A DNA stretch of 35,819 nt from Blastocatellia bacterium (GCA_041497455.1 JBGQGO010000003.1:1-35819), one strand, 5' to 3'. Numbered from the stretch's first letter, positions 8,736-18,959 are shown. Notes: generated by a model from the sequence alone, not told the origin. Numbers and translations are program-made.

Positions 8736-11512
8736 CGCCCGCCCACCATCTTGAATTTGATCTTGCCGTTTTCGGGAGACTGCCGATCGTTGTCGAGCCG
8801 CGCGATTTCCATCGAGCCGACCTTCAAAACGCCGTCGGCCAGCTCCCTTCCCGCGGGTTCGCCAAAGCGCTGCAATTTGGTCGCCACGACGTTTTCGACT
8901 CCCGTCACCGATTGCGCGACCGCTGCCAGTTTGCTGACCATGATGCCTGCGCCGAAAGTGAGATTGTCGGGATGGAAAAAGCCCACGCGACCGTCGGCCA
9001 ACGAGCGATTGCTGAACAGATCAATCAACTCGGCCTTTACGTGACCCGACAGGTAGCCAGGTTTGACGCAGACCGTCAGCTCAATGTCGAGCGGAACATA
9101 AGTGGCATTATTCACTCTCACCTCGTGGCCGATCCGGCGGAAGGGGCGAAGCATGCATTCGATTTCGTCCAACAGTCTTTCATCAGCTTCGGCTTGCTCT
9201 TTTGGATCGACCGCCACGACTACTTCGTACCAGGACCCTGTCCACCGAAGAATTGCTGTTGCTCTTTGCACGCGCGGGTGGCGCGCGGCAATGGTGGCGT
9301 AATCTTCGGCGGTGATCGCGCGTTGCAGAGGTGACCGGAAGGCATAAGGCGCAAACAGTCTGACTCGGTCCGTTGTTTCGGGCTCGGCGCCGCCGGCCGC
9401 GGCTATTGGATTACGCGGTTGCAACGTGACCCCGCTGAGTGTGTTTTTGAGCACGATGTGCGAGATGGCCTCGGCTCCGGCGTTGCCTTCAGCGCCGTTG
9501 CCGACGCGGTAGCTGGCGACGAAATATTCGCCGGACTGTGGAGCGCGCCCCATCTCGCCGTCACCGAATCGCAAATGGGCTCGCTCCTGGTTGTCCATCT
9601 CGGCAACGTAATAAGTATCATCAGCGCCGCTGGCCAGCAGGTCATAGCGAGGTTGCCAGCCGATCACGGTAGCATCGCCGGCGAGCAAGCTCGTCAACGT
9701 GATTTGCGGCAATGCCTGTCGCGGGTCTTGCCGCAGCAGGCTTGTGGCGGATGTCTCTTTCTTTGGACAAGGATCTTCATCCTGATCCTCCGATGAGTCC
9801 GGCGTAGATGAATTCAAAGGCGGAAGCGGCTGGCCAAACGTCAATGGACCTTCTTTTAGACGGGGTCTGAAAAGGCCCGGTACGATGGCGACTTCAGGGA
9901 TGCAAGAGGTGCAAGAGCATTCGGCCAGCGTCTCGTGCGCCGGCACACTCCCAAGGTCTTCCGGGTCTTCATCATCCACGACACGGCGACCGATTGTCCG
10001 GCCGTGATCGGCCAGAATGATGTTGCCTCTGGCGATCGTGACGTCCTCGAGCCTTTCGCAGTCCGGCGCGTTGCCGATCGCTGACAGACAGAGCGCAAAT
10101 GGAAGCGAGTCGCCGGCCGCCCATTCGACTTCGACTACCGGCTGACCCGTGAGATGGTCTTTGTCGAGAGTGACTTTCGTCAGCAACACGGCGTGCCGAT
10201 GAGCCAGATCAACATCCGCGGCTTCTCCGGTGCCCGGGCTGATGATCTCCTCGAAGATCAGCACATCGCCGGCGCGCAGGTTCAATTTGCGTTTCGGCTC
10301 CGGGTGGCCGTCGTCACCGTGGGGTTCTTGATGCTCGTCTTCGTGATGGTTTTCCTCATAGCCGTGTTGATCCGGGCTGTCGTCATTGTGATGGTGTTGT
10401 TTTTCCTCAGATACGCGTTGATCCGGGTTGTCGTCGCCGCACTCGTCGGGCGGCGGCGGCGGCGGCTTGACCGGCCAGTACGCATCGACCAGAGTCGCGC
10501 TTGTTGCGCCGCGCGGCAGACAACACTCGAAATCGCCCCAGGTGTAGAAATGTATCTCGTTGTGCGCCTCAAACAGTGGTAGTTCGTCCGTTCCCATCGC
10601 CTCGAAGACTTCGTAGTTCTCGCGCTGCAGGTTGAGTTGGCGCAGGGTCTCGCGCGTCAGCATTCGCGCGGCTTCGGGGAGGGCCTTGTTGTGCAGCGTG
10701 ATGAAGGCAACCTCGTTCTTCTTAAGCGTGACGTCGCCTCCCTTCGTTTCAACAAAGACCCAGGCGCGGGCATTGCAGCCTTCGTGCATCAGGTAATCGA
10801 CAAGCCGCGCGTGACGGCGCACTGAAATTCGCTGCCGCGCTGTGTCCAGGTAGGCCTCCGTGGCGACCGCATCCTGATAGTAACTGAGGTGATCGCCCGC
10901 GTAAGCCAGCACCTCCACCAACGCTATGCCGAGATCCGGCACGTGACGTTCGCGCCAGTCCGGCATGACGAGTGAAAGGCGATCGAAGATTATTTGTCGA
11001 AAGCTCGAGTAGTCCTTTGCCAGATAGCTGATTTCGGGCTGAGGCAACTGCCTCGGCGGACACACGTGTACCGGCAAGCAGTCGAGATCGCTTTTGCAAC
11101 CGGACTTGAATGAAAAAACGATTTCAGCAAACCGCGGGTCGAAACCGCGCAAGGGGCGATCGGCCGGACGCCCGCGTTTATCCGTCTCGACAAAGCGCAG
11201 CGTGTAATCGGAAAAATCTCCAGGCTTATCCACCGTGATCTTGAGACAGTCATCAAGATCCTTGCCTGCCGTCCGGCATACGTCGATGTGCGTGGCTCTG
11301 ATTCCAATCACGCGCCGGCCGCCGGAGATAACGATGTTGTTCTTGCTGATTGGATCGGGAGCTTTGGCGAGGAAGTAGACGTGCAGCGTACGCTGATCTT
11401 CGCTGATCTCCACGTAGTCGATGCCATTAAGATCAGGATGACCCTTCGCGTTGCGATGATCGCGCACCAACTGCCGCCGCAAATCTTCCTCACAGTGTTC
11501 GGGAGTTTTCAT
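8732..11512 (-). CDS. eCIS baseplate J-like protein (Afp11/gp6-like), 926 aa
   Basis: LNGIDYVE, YLAKDYSSFR, LSYYQDAVATEAYLDTARQRISVRRHARLVDY, LRFGDG..G, YRVGNG..GN and RAITAEDY motifs. Confidence 0.9.
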   Translation of the reverse strand: MKTPEHCEEDLRRQLVRDHRNAKGHPDLNGIDYVEISEDQRTLHVYFLAKAPDPISKNNIVISGGRRVIGIRATHIDVCRTAGKDLDDCLKITVDKPGDFSDYTLRFVETDKRGRPADRPLRGFDPRFAEIVFSFKSGCKSDLDCLPVHVCPPRQLPQPEISYLAKDYSSFRQIIFDRLSLVMPDWRERHVPDLGIALVEVLAYAGDHLSYYQDAVATEAYLDTARQRISVRRHARLVDYLMHEGCNARAWVFVETKGGDVTLKKNEVAFITLHNKALPEAARMLTRETLRQLNLQRENYEVFEAMGTDELPLFEAHNEIHFYTWGDFECCLPRGATSATLVDAYWPVKPPPPPPDECGDDNPDQRVSEEKQHHHNDDSPDQHGYEENHHEDEHQEPHGDDGHPEPKRKLNLRAGDVLIFEEIISPGTGEAADVDLAHRHAVLLTKVTLDKDHLTGQPVVEVEWAAGDSLPFALCLSAIGNAPDCERLEDVTIARGNIILADHGRTIGRRVVDDEDPEDLGSVPAHETLAECSCTSCIPEVAIVPGLFRPRLKEGPLTFGQPLPPLNSSTPDSSEDQDEDPCPKKETSATSLLRQDPRQALPQITLTSLLAGDATVIGWQPRYDLLASGADDTYYVAEMDNQERAHLRFGDGEMGRAPQSGEYFVASYRVGNGAEGNAGAEAISHIVLKNTLSGVTLQPRNPIAAAGGAEPETTDRVRLFAPYAFRSPLQRAITAEDYATIAARHPRVQRATAILRWTGSWYEVVVAVDPKEQAEADERLLDEIECMLRPFRRIGHEVRVNNATYVPLDIELTVCVKPGYLSGHVKAELIDLFSNRSLADGRVGFFHPDNLTFGAGIMVSKLAAVAQSVTGVENVVATKLQRFGEPAGRELADGVLKVGSMEIARLDNDRQSPENGKIKFKMVGGR

Positions 11513-11530
11513 AACGGGTTCCTTCCGGCG

Positions 11531-11887
11531 CTACACCCTGCGCGAGAGCTCGGCTGTCCTGAGTTCATTCGTGCGCCGCACCAGATAGCTCAACTCGAGG
11601 CTGAGCGTAGACTCTTCAGCGGTGACTTCGAGCTTCTGCAATTCGATCAGGTCGCCAAGCCATCGCTGAATTGCCGCCTGAACCGCCCCTTGCAGCGTAC
11701 TCGCCAGCTCCTTGCTATTCGGCGCAAAAACCATTTTCAGCAGCCCGGAGCCGAAGTCAGGCCGATTGACCCGTTCGCCCGGGCTGGTGAAGAGCAATTG
11801 CTCGAGCATGTCTCGGATGTGATCGTCGTCGCCGGTCGTGGCTGTGCGCCCGCGACCGTCAAAATGAAACGGGAAGTCAATGTTCAT
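11531..11887 (-). CDS. GPW/gp25-family baseplate protein (Afp9-like), 118 aa
   Basis: MNIDFPF..HIRDMLEQLLFTSPGERVNRPDFGSGL. ATG at 11887 overlaps the previous stop (TGATG); the track ORF 11531..12211 is over-extended. Confidence 0.92.
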   Translation of the reverse strand: MNIDFPFHFDGRGRTATTGDDDHIRDMLEQLLFTSPGERVNRPDFGSGLLKMVFAPNSKELASTLQGAVQAAIQRWLGDLIELQKLEVTAEESTLSLELSYLVRRTNELRTAELSRRV

Positions 11888-12207
11888 CACGTCCCCTTCA
11901 CTCGCACTTGAGTAACGATAATGTTGAGCGGCGTCCCGGTTGGCACGCAAACGGACTGGCTGTCCTGCAACAGCACTGGCACGCTGCCCGCGCGCACGCG
12001 CGTGGCGGCGGTGACCCATTGCGCCGTGGCGCACGGCGGACTCGGCACGGTGGCAAGCGCGCAGCCGGCGATCACGTACTGGCTGGTCTGCGTCACGATC
12101 GGCTGTCCGCTTACGGTCACGCGCGGATTGGTCACGACCGGCTGCGCCTGCCCCGGCGGATGCGAGCACAACACGGTCGCGCCCAGATGCAATAGGAAGC
12201 CTGGCAT
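11887..12207 (-). CDS. PAAR-like (DUF4280-type) spike tip protein (Afp10-like)
   Basis: GATVLCSH, RVTVSGQP, GC...PC..AQW, RV...PVLL..S.SVC pattern; lies between the spike and gp25 genes. Confidence 0.8.
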   Translation of the reverse strand: MPGFLLHLGATVLCSHPPGQAQPVVTNPRVTVSGQPIVTQTSQYVIAGCALATVPSPPCATAQWVTAATRVRAGSVPVLLQDSQSVCVPTGTPLNIIVTQVRVKGT

Positions 12208-12705
12208 TCAAATCACCTCCAGCGCGCCGTTATTGATCGAAACCTGTGGTCCCGTGAGCTTGATGCTGCCGCCCATCCCGTTGTTGATCTCGATTCCGGT
12301 GGTGTCAATCTTGATCTTCATCCCCGTCTGCGTTTCGATGGTAATGCCGCCCGCTCCGGGCAGATCGTTGATCGTGATCGTAGCCGTGTCGGTCTTGAGA
12401 ACTTTCATCTCGGCAACCGCGGGTGAGACGGGCAGCTCACCCTGGGCCCAGAAGCCGCCGGCCCAGATCGGATACTCGGGATCGCCATGTTCAAACTCGA
12501 CCCAAACCGAAGCATCAGTCGGCGGAATCAAGAACAGACCGACACCGTTTCCGGTATAAGGCAGCGCGGGCATCGCCCAGCCGCTTTCGTTGTCGCCAAA
12601 AACGTCCGGCACTTTCACGCGCAGCCGGCCCAGCATCAAAGGGTCGCGGTTGTCAGTGACCTTGCCGCGAAACTTGCCGAAGAATGGTGGTCCTTGCCCG
12701 TTCAT
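12208..12705 (-). CDS. Gp5/VgrG OB-fold spike protein (baseplate assembly protein V)
   Basis: FFGKFRGKVTDNRDP..LGRLRVKVPDV, GWAMP and VWVEFEHGDPEYPIW.G motifs followed by a short beta-repeat. Confidence 0.92.
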   Translation of the reverse strand: MNGQGPPFFGKFRGKVTDNRDPLMLGRLRVKVPDVFGDNESGWAMPALPYTGNGVGLFLIPPTDASVWVEFEHGDPEYPIWAGGFWAQGELPVSPAVAEMKVLKTDTATITINDLPGAGGITIETQTGMKIKIDTTGIEINNGMGGSIKLTGPQVSINNGALEVI

Positions 12706-12721
12706 ATTCCGTTCGCTTCCT

Positions 12722-13846
12722 TCAACTGAATTGCGGCACGACCAGCGGCGTCAGCGACCCGTGCCCTTCGCGCGTCAGAGTGAAACTTTGTTTGTATTCG
12801 CCGCGCCGGATTCGATGCGTCACCTGCTTGACGTAGTAGTTGCCGTTGTAGCTCGCGCCCACGCCTCGCACGCCTACCAATCGCCGCGAGCGCAGCGCCT
12901 GTCCGTAACGCACCGCGTCGATCTCGCCGGTCGCGGTGATTGCGTCCGACGATTCGGACGTTGACGATAGCGCCCGAAGCAGGCCCTGACCTACATCGAG
13001 GTTGGCGGTGTCACGCGAAATGGAGCTCCGCAGCGCCGCCGCCGGACGCGACGCAAGCGGCGGACGCAACCCGCTTGGCGCCGGAATCGTTATCGGAGTC
13101 TTGGTGATCGGGTCGAGAATAGTGATCTTCGGCGCGACCGGCCCGAGCGCGTTGAAATGAAAATTGATCGGCGAGTCGAGGTTGGTCTGCGGCCCCATGT
13201 TCATCGACAGCGCGGGCTGCGGTAGTCCCAGCCGGTTATCAAGCCCCCAGTAAGCCTGGCTGATGCCCGGCGCCGGAGTCGGCTCAGTGTAAAAGACAAA
13301 TCCATTGCGTGTGGCCAACCGCCGGATGTAAACCAGGTCGGTCTCCTGTTGCGATGGCACTCGATTGATCTCGATCGGTACATCAGTCGTTGGTGTGACT
13401 TTCGGAACGAGGCCGAACTTTGTGTAGTTCGCGAGCAGCTTTGTGACGATAATCGAGTCCGGCTGGTTGGGATGCGTGTCGCTCTTTGGATCCAGATCGA
13501 GCCTAAGACTGATATCTTCGCCGGTGATTACCAGCGTCGATTCGCCGGGCCGGTTGCTCGGCACGACTTGATGGCTGGTGATGATGCCGTCAAGCAGCAC
13601 TTCCGGCAACACGCCCATCAACACCGCGATGACGATACGATTGGGCGGATCGAAATAGCCGTTTCGCAGCAGCCCGTAATCGAGCAGCGAGTCTTTCCCC
13701 AAGCTGAAAGTCATCTGAAACCCGTCGCGTTCGGTATCGTTGTTGCTCACCTCGAGACTGACGAACGACTCCATCACCTCATAGGGCGCGGGGCGCGGCA
13801 GGTTCGCGCCGATCAGCAGTTGTAGTTTTACCACAAGATCAGGCAC
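12722..13846 (-). CDS. Baseplate hub / late control D-like protein (gp27-like half of Afp8)
   Basis: QETDL.YIRRLA.RNGF and VGVRGVG..YNGNYYVKQVTH.I motifs; synteny between LysM and spike. Confidence 0.8.
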   Translation of the reverse strand: MPDLVVKLQLLIGANLPRPAPYEVMESFVSLEVSNNDTERDGFQMTFSLGKDSLLDYGLLRNGYFDPPNRIVIAVLMGVLPEVLLDGIITSHQVVPSNRPGESTLVITGEDISLRLDLDPKSDTHPNQPDSIIVTKLLANYTKFGLVPKVTPTTDVPIEINRVPSQQETDLVYIRRLATRNGFVFYTEPTPAPGISQAYWGLDNRLGLPQPALSMNMGPQTNLDSPINFHFNALGPVAPKITILDPITKTPITIPAPSGLRPPLASRPAAALRSSISRDTANLDVGQGLLRALSSTSESSDAITATGEIDAVRYGQALRSRRLVGVRGVGASYNGNYYVKQVTHRIRRGEYKQSFTLTREGHGSLTPLVVPQFS

Positions 13847-13850
13847 GTCA

Positions 13851-14144
13851 TTAACCTCCTGTCGGCATCGGAATCTTCAGCCGGCGCCCGATCTCTTCGG
13901 TCAATTCATCGGGCCGCATCGCGTCGTTTACATCACACACCTGCCAGAACTGCTCCGGATCCCCGAGGTACTTCGCCGTAACGTTGTCGAGCCGGTCGCC
14001 TTCTTCGACTTTGTGTTCGGCGATGATCACCGCCCCCGCCGAAGGCGGCAGAAAACGCCGCCGCAGATAGACGATCTCTCGTTGATCGGCGGTCACGTAT
14101 TTCACAATCTCGACGGAGTAGTAACGACTGGTTCGTGGAAACAT
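13851..14144 (-). CDS. LysM-domain baseplate protein
   Basis: HKVEEGDRLDNVTAKYLGDPEQFWQVCDVN...GRRLKIP. Confidence 0.88.
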   Translation of the reverse strand: MFPRTSRYYSVEIVKYVTADQREIVYLRRRFLPPSAGAVIIAEHKVEEGDRLDNVTAKYLGDPEQFWQVCDVNDAMRPDELTEEIGRRLKIPMPTGG

Positions 14145-14209
14145 CTTTTCACCTCAATGGTCGAACACATCGGAAGCGAGCGCGCCGCCGTGCGGCCCGC
14201 CGCTTCGCG

Positions 14210-14866
14210 CTAGAACAGCTTCATGGAAGCGCTCAGGTTCACTGCGCTGTTGGCTATATTGGCATTGGCCAGCACCTCTTTGGCGATGTGGTGCGCCAGG
14301 AAAAGCTGGTACCCCGGGTTAGTCACCTTCAAATCGAAGTAGCTGAGCACTTGCAACGTCAGATCTACTTTGGCGCGAATCGGATTTAGCAGCGTGTCGT
14401 AAGCCTCTTCGGTGATGCTGAGACTGGTGATCCGCACCGGCACCACCCGCGCCGGTCCCCAGAAGAACAGCGTCAGCGGAGCCTCTGGCGGAATGATTTC
14501 GAGAATGCCGGTCAGCGCCAGCGCCGTGTTGGCGATGGTCAGCGCGCTCCCGGGATAGAGCAGCATCTCGAGCGCCGCCAACGTCGGATGAATCCCCGAA
14601 ACGACAGCCAGCGGATTGCCCTGCTCGAGTTGATCCGTCGCGTCGATCTCGACGCTGAGCGTGATCGTCTCCTTGGGCGGGCCGGTGAGCCGAAACGCTT
14701 CCGAGCGGTCGGCGTTGTCGCCTCCTCCGCTTGACCGCGCATCAATTCGCCGCGTCAACGAGTCGGGGTTGTATTGAAACACCACGACACTGGCCAGCGG
14801 CTTGAGCGGGTCGAGCCCGATGATTGCGCCCTTGAGGAGACGCGGTGAATTTGGGAATGTGCTCAT
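14210..14866 (-). CDS. CIS tube-initiator protein (Afp7-like)
   Basis: VVFQYNPDSL.R, LFFWG..RVVPVRIT.LSITEEAYD..LNPIRAKV.L.L.VL motifs. Confidence 0.85.
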   Translation of the reverse strand: MSTFPNSPRLLKGAIIGLDPLKPLASVVVFQYNPDSLTRRIDARSSGGGDNADRSEAFRLTGPPKETITLSVEIDATDQLEQGNPLAVVSGIHPTLAALEMLLYPGSALTIANTALALTGILEIIPPEAPLTLFFWGPARVVPVRITSLSITEEAYDTLLNPIRAKVDLTLQVLSYFDLKVTNPGYQLFLAHHIAKEVLANANIANSAVNLSASMKLF

Positions 14867-15100
14867 TACTTTTCTCGCTTCGATCTGCGGGCGTTCCTTC
14901 GTCCCGCACAGTTCCTAGCTGTACTTTCGATCCTCGACTCGCAGCGCGGAGGTTGCTTGATCACCGGCTCCACATAAGTATCAACGGCTTCCGTCTAGCT
15001 CAGGTCACCTGGCTCTGCGCCGGTCTGCCCCCCATAGTTTGTTTCATCTCAATAGATTTGAAGTTGCGAGTTCATCAACCGTTTCATATGTTCCTCATCC

Positions 15101-18082
15101 CTATGGCGCGCCTGACGCGCCGAGCGGCTGCAACCGGAGGGCGACCGGCATCGTCCCAGTCTGGGGCTCGTTGGGGGAAACGCCAGGGGCAACGACGAGC
15201 TTGCGGACCTCGGGGAAGATGGCACGTGCGAAGGCCTGGGTCTCAGGCGTATCAATCTCGGCAAAGCCAGTGTTCAAAACGCGGATCGCACCACGCTGGA
15301 GGTCACGAGTGTCGAGAATCACCCGGCCGGTCGCGACTTCGACACTGATCCGGAGAATGACCTCGCCGCGCATAATAGGCCCGGTGCGATGGGACAGCGC
15401 GATCTGCCGAACCGCATCGAAATAGGCAGTGCGAGGAAGACCGCCGGCTTGTACCCGCGGCACCGCACCCTCGATGTCGAGGAACTCGGCGAACAGCGGA
15501 ACGCCACCAGGGCCAACGAAGTCAATGGGCGTCGCGCCGCGCAACATCACGGCCCCGGCATCGCTGCCGGTCGCCGGTCGTGAGGATACGTTAAACGAGC
15601 CTGAGCCGGTGATGCTGCCGCTCGCAGTTGACGACCAGTTTGCATTGAGTCTGAAAGTAAGGCGTAGTCCGCCCAGGAACTGAGTCGCGCCGTGCGTATC
15701 AGGCGCCGGTGGGTTCCTGCGGCGCGCAACCACCCAGGTGTTGAAGTCGAGCACTCGGCTGCCGCGGTCGGGCACGTTATTGCGCAATGGCGCTTGCCTG
15801 CGCTGTTCAGCCTGGATATCCGCCGACGGCGTGTTTGCGGGAAGTAGGGGTCCTAAGAGCGGTTGGAAAGTTGGCCTCTCGAGCGTAACGTCCCGCCCAC
15901 CGCCTGGCCGCGGCACTTGTATGCTCTGGACGAACAGACTCGACGGGATGTCGGGTAGAAACCGGAAAGCGCGGAAATTAGGCGCGTCTGTAAGCGAGAC
16001 CGGGTTCGCCCCGGGTGCGGCGGCTACCTTGGAGTTTGTGTTGAACCACGGCGGTTCGCTCAGGGGATCATTGCGCCGCGCCCCGTCCCGCAACGGCAGC
16101 GGGAAGCGGCGACGTTCCCGGCGGCCATCAACATGCGTGTTGATCCAGTTCTCCGCCATGACGGTCTGGACGAAACCGATCTCGAAGTTGGCAATGCTCG
16201 CGGGCGCTCCGGCAGCATCAACGGTGGCATCGACCACGAAGGGAGAATCAGGCTCGATGCCGACCGTGAGGGGATTGGAAGACGGTGAGGGAACCGCCGC
16301 CCCACTTGTGCCGGAGGAAAGCCCCAGCGAGGTGACGGTGAAATTCGGTGGCGTCTCCATCGTCGCCGGGCCTCGCTGTCCGGCGAGCGGGCCGGGCAAC
16401 GGCTGGTCGGCGCAGCGGGGAATGAAGCCGCTGAATGGATCGACAGGGTTCGGTCGCGAACGGACATCAAAGCTGGTGTTCAGCGGATCGAGCGAGATGC
16501 GGCATTCTGGAAACCCTGCAAGGTGGACGAGGTGCATCCCGGCGCGGTGCTGATCCTCGAAGTTCGACAATACGGGCCGCGAGAAATGATGAAAGGTGAG
16601 ATCGGTGATGCGGTTGGCGGCACAACCGATCGGATCTGTGGCGTCGGCAATTCTGCGCGAGATGACGATGGTATTGGCGCCAGTGCTCGCAGTGGTGCCT
16701 AGCTCAACAGAGGCGCTAAGGCTGGTCTCCGCGCCTTCGATCAGCACCGACGTCCGGGCAACGGCCTCTCCCAGCGTGCGCCAGCGGCCACAACTCCAGC
16801 GCGCGAAATAGGCGTCAGCGGCAAGCGGATAGTCGCCGTTTTCGAGCCGCTGCTTGGCCAAATTGCGGATCTGCGACATTGTCATTCCCGTGGCGTCGAC
16901 ACGCGGAGCCTGCTGCGGGGGATCGGCCTCGATCACGGCAACGCGATTGAGCGGCCGCGCTGCTGCGCCGACGCCGAATCTCTCGGTCGGCCCCTTCGAC
17001 ACCGCTTCGATCTGTTGCTCCTGGACGCCGAGGTTCACCATCTCGCGGATCATTCGGTTCAGCCGGTGGCAGCTCAGATTACGGTTGTACAGCGTGGCGT
17101 TCTGGGCGGTCCCCGGCCCCTCGATGCTGGCATAGGCGCGCAAGCGAAAGCTCGTCCCTGACGGCTGGCCGCTGACCAGGGTCCGCAACTGACCCAGGTC
17201 GGCAGGGTCGCTTAACACGTCCGAGTCGCTACAGAACTGGAAGACGTTGCCGTCTATGTCCTCACCATCTTCGTTGCAGGGCGGCGTCGGCGCAAGGTTG
17301 CCGAGACGCGTCGGGGTGCGTGGGCAGTGCGGCTCGCTGAGCGCGGTGGGATCGATGTTGACGTCTGGGACTGGAAGGCCGGGGCGCGTCGGTTGAGTGC
17401 TGCCCGAACCGGGACGGGTGATGAAGTCTTCTTCCTCCTGACGCTGGACGAGCCCGATTGCTGAAGGCTGTTGGGTATGTAGTTCAAAAGCATTACCCGT
17501 TACAATAGCGTTCGCAGCAGCCCGGGCTTCGTGTTCCGAGTTTTCACTAGGATGGGTCGTCCGCAATTCGCTTGTCCCTCCGCTAGCGTACGCCTGCTGT
17601 TGAACAACGTGTGCCAGCTCATGCCCAAGCAACTTACGCCCTTCGGTTGTCCAAGGCTGGTATTTCCCGTCTCCAACTACCACGTCACGCCCGACCGTGT
17701 ACGCCTGCGCATTAATAGCCTCTGCAGATTCTGCTGCAGGTGCGTCGGCATGAACCCGCACTTTGCTGAAGTCGTGCCCAAACCGTGGCTCCATGAAGGC
17801 GCGGGTGCCGCCATCGAGCGGTTGACCGGGCGAGCGCAGCACGTCGTGCACGATTGCCGGGACCTCAGGTTGAGCTCCGGTTTTTTCGCCTGCGCCCGCC
17901 GGGCTACGTTGCAGTGTCCGTCCCTTATTGCATTCATTACAGTTGCCGCCGCCGATGGTGTGGCTCCCACATGCACACTTCCGCTGCAACCTGCCGTCGC
18001 GCGCCGCGATGGAAAGCGGCGGCGAATTCTTTTGAATCGTTGATCCGCTGTGTCTGCTCACTAACATGCTTCTGACGTTCAT
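15101..18082 (-). CDS. DUF4157 cargo protein 5 (993 aa): Cys4 leader, DUF4157, OmpA-like domain, FAM78-like C-terminal region
   Basis: LQRKCACG..C..C; RFGHDFSKVRVH..AYTVG..HELAHVVQQ; OmpA-like AYASIEG..YNRNLSCHR..KGPTE..NRVA. Confidence 0.85.
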   Translation of the reverse strand: MNVRSMLVSRHSGSTIQKNSPPLSIAARDGRLQRKCACGSHTIGGGNCNECNKGRTLQRSPAGAGEKTGAQPEVPAIVHDVLRSPGQPLDGGTRAFMEPRFGHDFSKVRVHADAPAAESAEAINAQAYTVGRDVVVGDGKYQPWTTEGRKLLGHELAHVVQQQAYASGGTSELRTTHPSENSEHEARAAANAIVTGNAFELHTQQPSAIGLVQRQEEEDFITRPGSGSTQPTRPGLPVPDVNIDPTALSEPHCPRTPTRLGNLAPTPPCNEDGEDIDGNVFQFCSDSDVLSDPADLGQLRTLVSGQPSGTSFRLRAYASIEGPGTAQNATLYNRNLSCHRLNRMIREMVNLGVQEQQIEAVSKGPTERFGVGAAARPLNRVAVIEADPPQQAPRVDATGMTMSQIRNLAKQRLENGDYPLAADAYFARWSCGRWRTLGEAVARTSVLIEGAETSLSASVELGTTASTGANTIVISRRIADATDPIGCAANRITDLTFHHFSRPVLSNFEDQHRAGMHLVHLAGFPECRISLDPLNTSFDVRSRPNPVDPFSGFIPRCADQPLPGPLAGQRGPATMETPPNFTVTSLGLSSGTSGAAVPSPSSNPLTVGIEPDSPFVVDATVDAAGAPASIANFEIGFVQTVMAENWINTHVDGRRERRRFPLPLRDGARRNDPLSEPPWFNTNSKVAAAPGANPVSLTDAPNFRAFRFLPDIPSSLFVQSIQVPRPGGGRDVTLERPTFQPLLGPLLPANTPSADIQAEQRRQAPLRNNVPDRGSRVLDFNTWVVARRRNPPAPDTHGATQFLGGLRLTFRLNANWSSTASGSITGSGSFNVSSRPATGSDAGAVMLRGATPIDFVGPGGVPLFAEFLDIEGAVPRVQAGGLPRTAYFDAVRQIALSHRTGPIMRGEVILRISVEVATGRVILDTRDLQRGAIRVLNTGFAEIDTPETQAFARAIFPEVRKLVVAPGVSPNEPQTGTMPVALRLQPLGASGAP

Positions 18083-18123
18083 CCTATGCGCGCAATCGGC
18101 GGCGCGCGTTCAACCCGCTTGCA

Positions 18124-18831
18124 TCACATTACGCATCGATCCCCTCCGGCCAGGTGACCGATCACATTCGTCATACAATATGGATTCGTTATCGCCTCGA
18201 AGCTTCCCATCGAGCCGCAATGCTCCGAATTCATGACGTCCGGCGTGGGATGATCCATTTGAAAAAGCGGAGCGTGAAACAATTCATGAGTCAGGATTAG
18301 AGCCCGTAACACTGAATTGGTTCGCGCTGGGTCGATGGTCTTGGGACAGATCCTAATTCGCGTGTCCTCGAACCTCGCGTACGCAAAGTTGTTTCCCAGT
18401 TTGCAGATCTCATCATCGGGTCCGGCAAAGAAAAATGGCGGCACAGTCATATTTTGGTTCTCGATCATCAAGGCCCTGGCCCAGCTCACCAATGGGCAGA
18501 ATGAGCTATCTGTCGGAAGCGTTCCGAGCCATGAAACGAAGGGCCTCAAGTCGTGACCGAGGCGCGACTCCATCAAGGCGCGTGTGTTTGCATCGAGCGG
18601 CCGTCCCGACGAGCGCAAGGTCGCATGCACAATCGGCGGCGCTTCTCTTGGCGTAGTTTGTTCGCCGATGTGAGCCGAACGTTGGAGTGTCTGCTGCTTC
18701 TTGCTGCACTCTGCGCAATCGCCGCCGCCCACGGTGTGCTGGCCGCAGGCGCACTTGCGCTGCAACTGGCGGACGGCCGGTTGAAAGCGGCCGGTGCTGT
18801 TTTCTTTTTGATAGAAACCTGTCTGCCGCAT
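18124..18831 (-). CDS. Cargo protein 4 (~235 aa): Cys4 leader and truncated DUF4157 joined to an HEXXH metallopeptidase-like (M35/aspzincin-like) C-terminus
   Basis: Start MRQTG at 18831 aligns with the paralogue starts. DUF4157 similarity stops at RLGHDL; then IRICP..LILTHELFH..EAITNPY. Confidence 0.7.
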   Translation of the reverse strand: MRQTGFYQKENSTGRFQPAVRQLQRKCACGQHTVGGGDCAECSKKQQTLQRSAHIGEQTTPREAPPIVHATLRSSGRPLDANTRALMESRLGHDLRPFVSWLGTLPTDSSFCPLVSWARALMIENQNMTVPPFFFAGPDDEICKLGNNFAYARFEDTRIRICPKTIDPARTNSVLRALILTHELFHAPLFQMDHPTPDVMNSEHCGSMGSFEAITNPYCMTNVIGHLAGGDRCVM

Positions 18832-18959
18832 TTCTTGCCTTTGACGCCTCAGTCTATGTCTTCGACCGGTTAGCGCGGGCACTTCCATGCTTATAGTCGG
18901 CGCCCATACTCGGCGCTCCGTTGCTAATGGGATCGCCGCCAACGAGACTTTTTGATCCA

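Noticed and set aside
11531-12211. 226-aa extended gp25 ORF
   Set aside because: The extension overlaps the PAAR-like gene in another frame; the gp25 motif starts at the coupled ATG at 11887.
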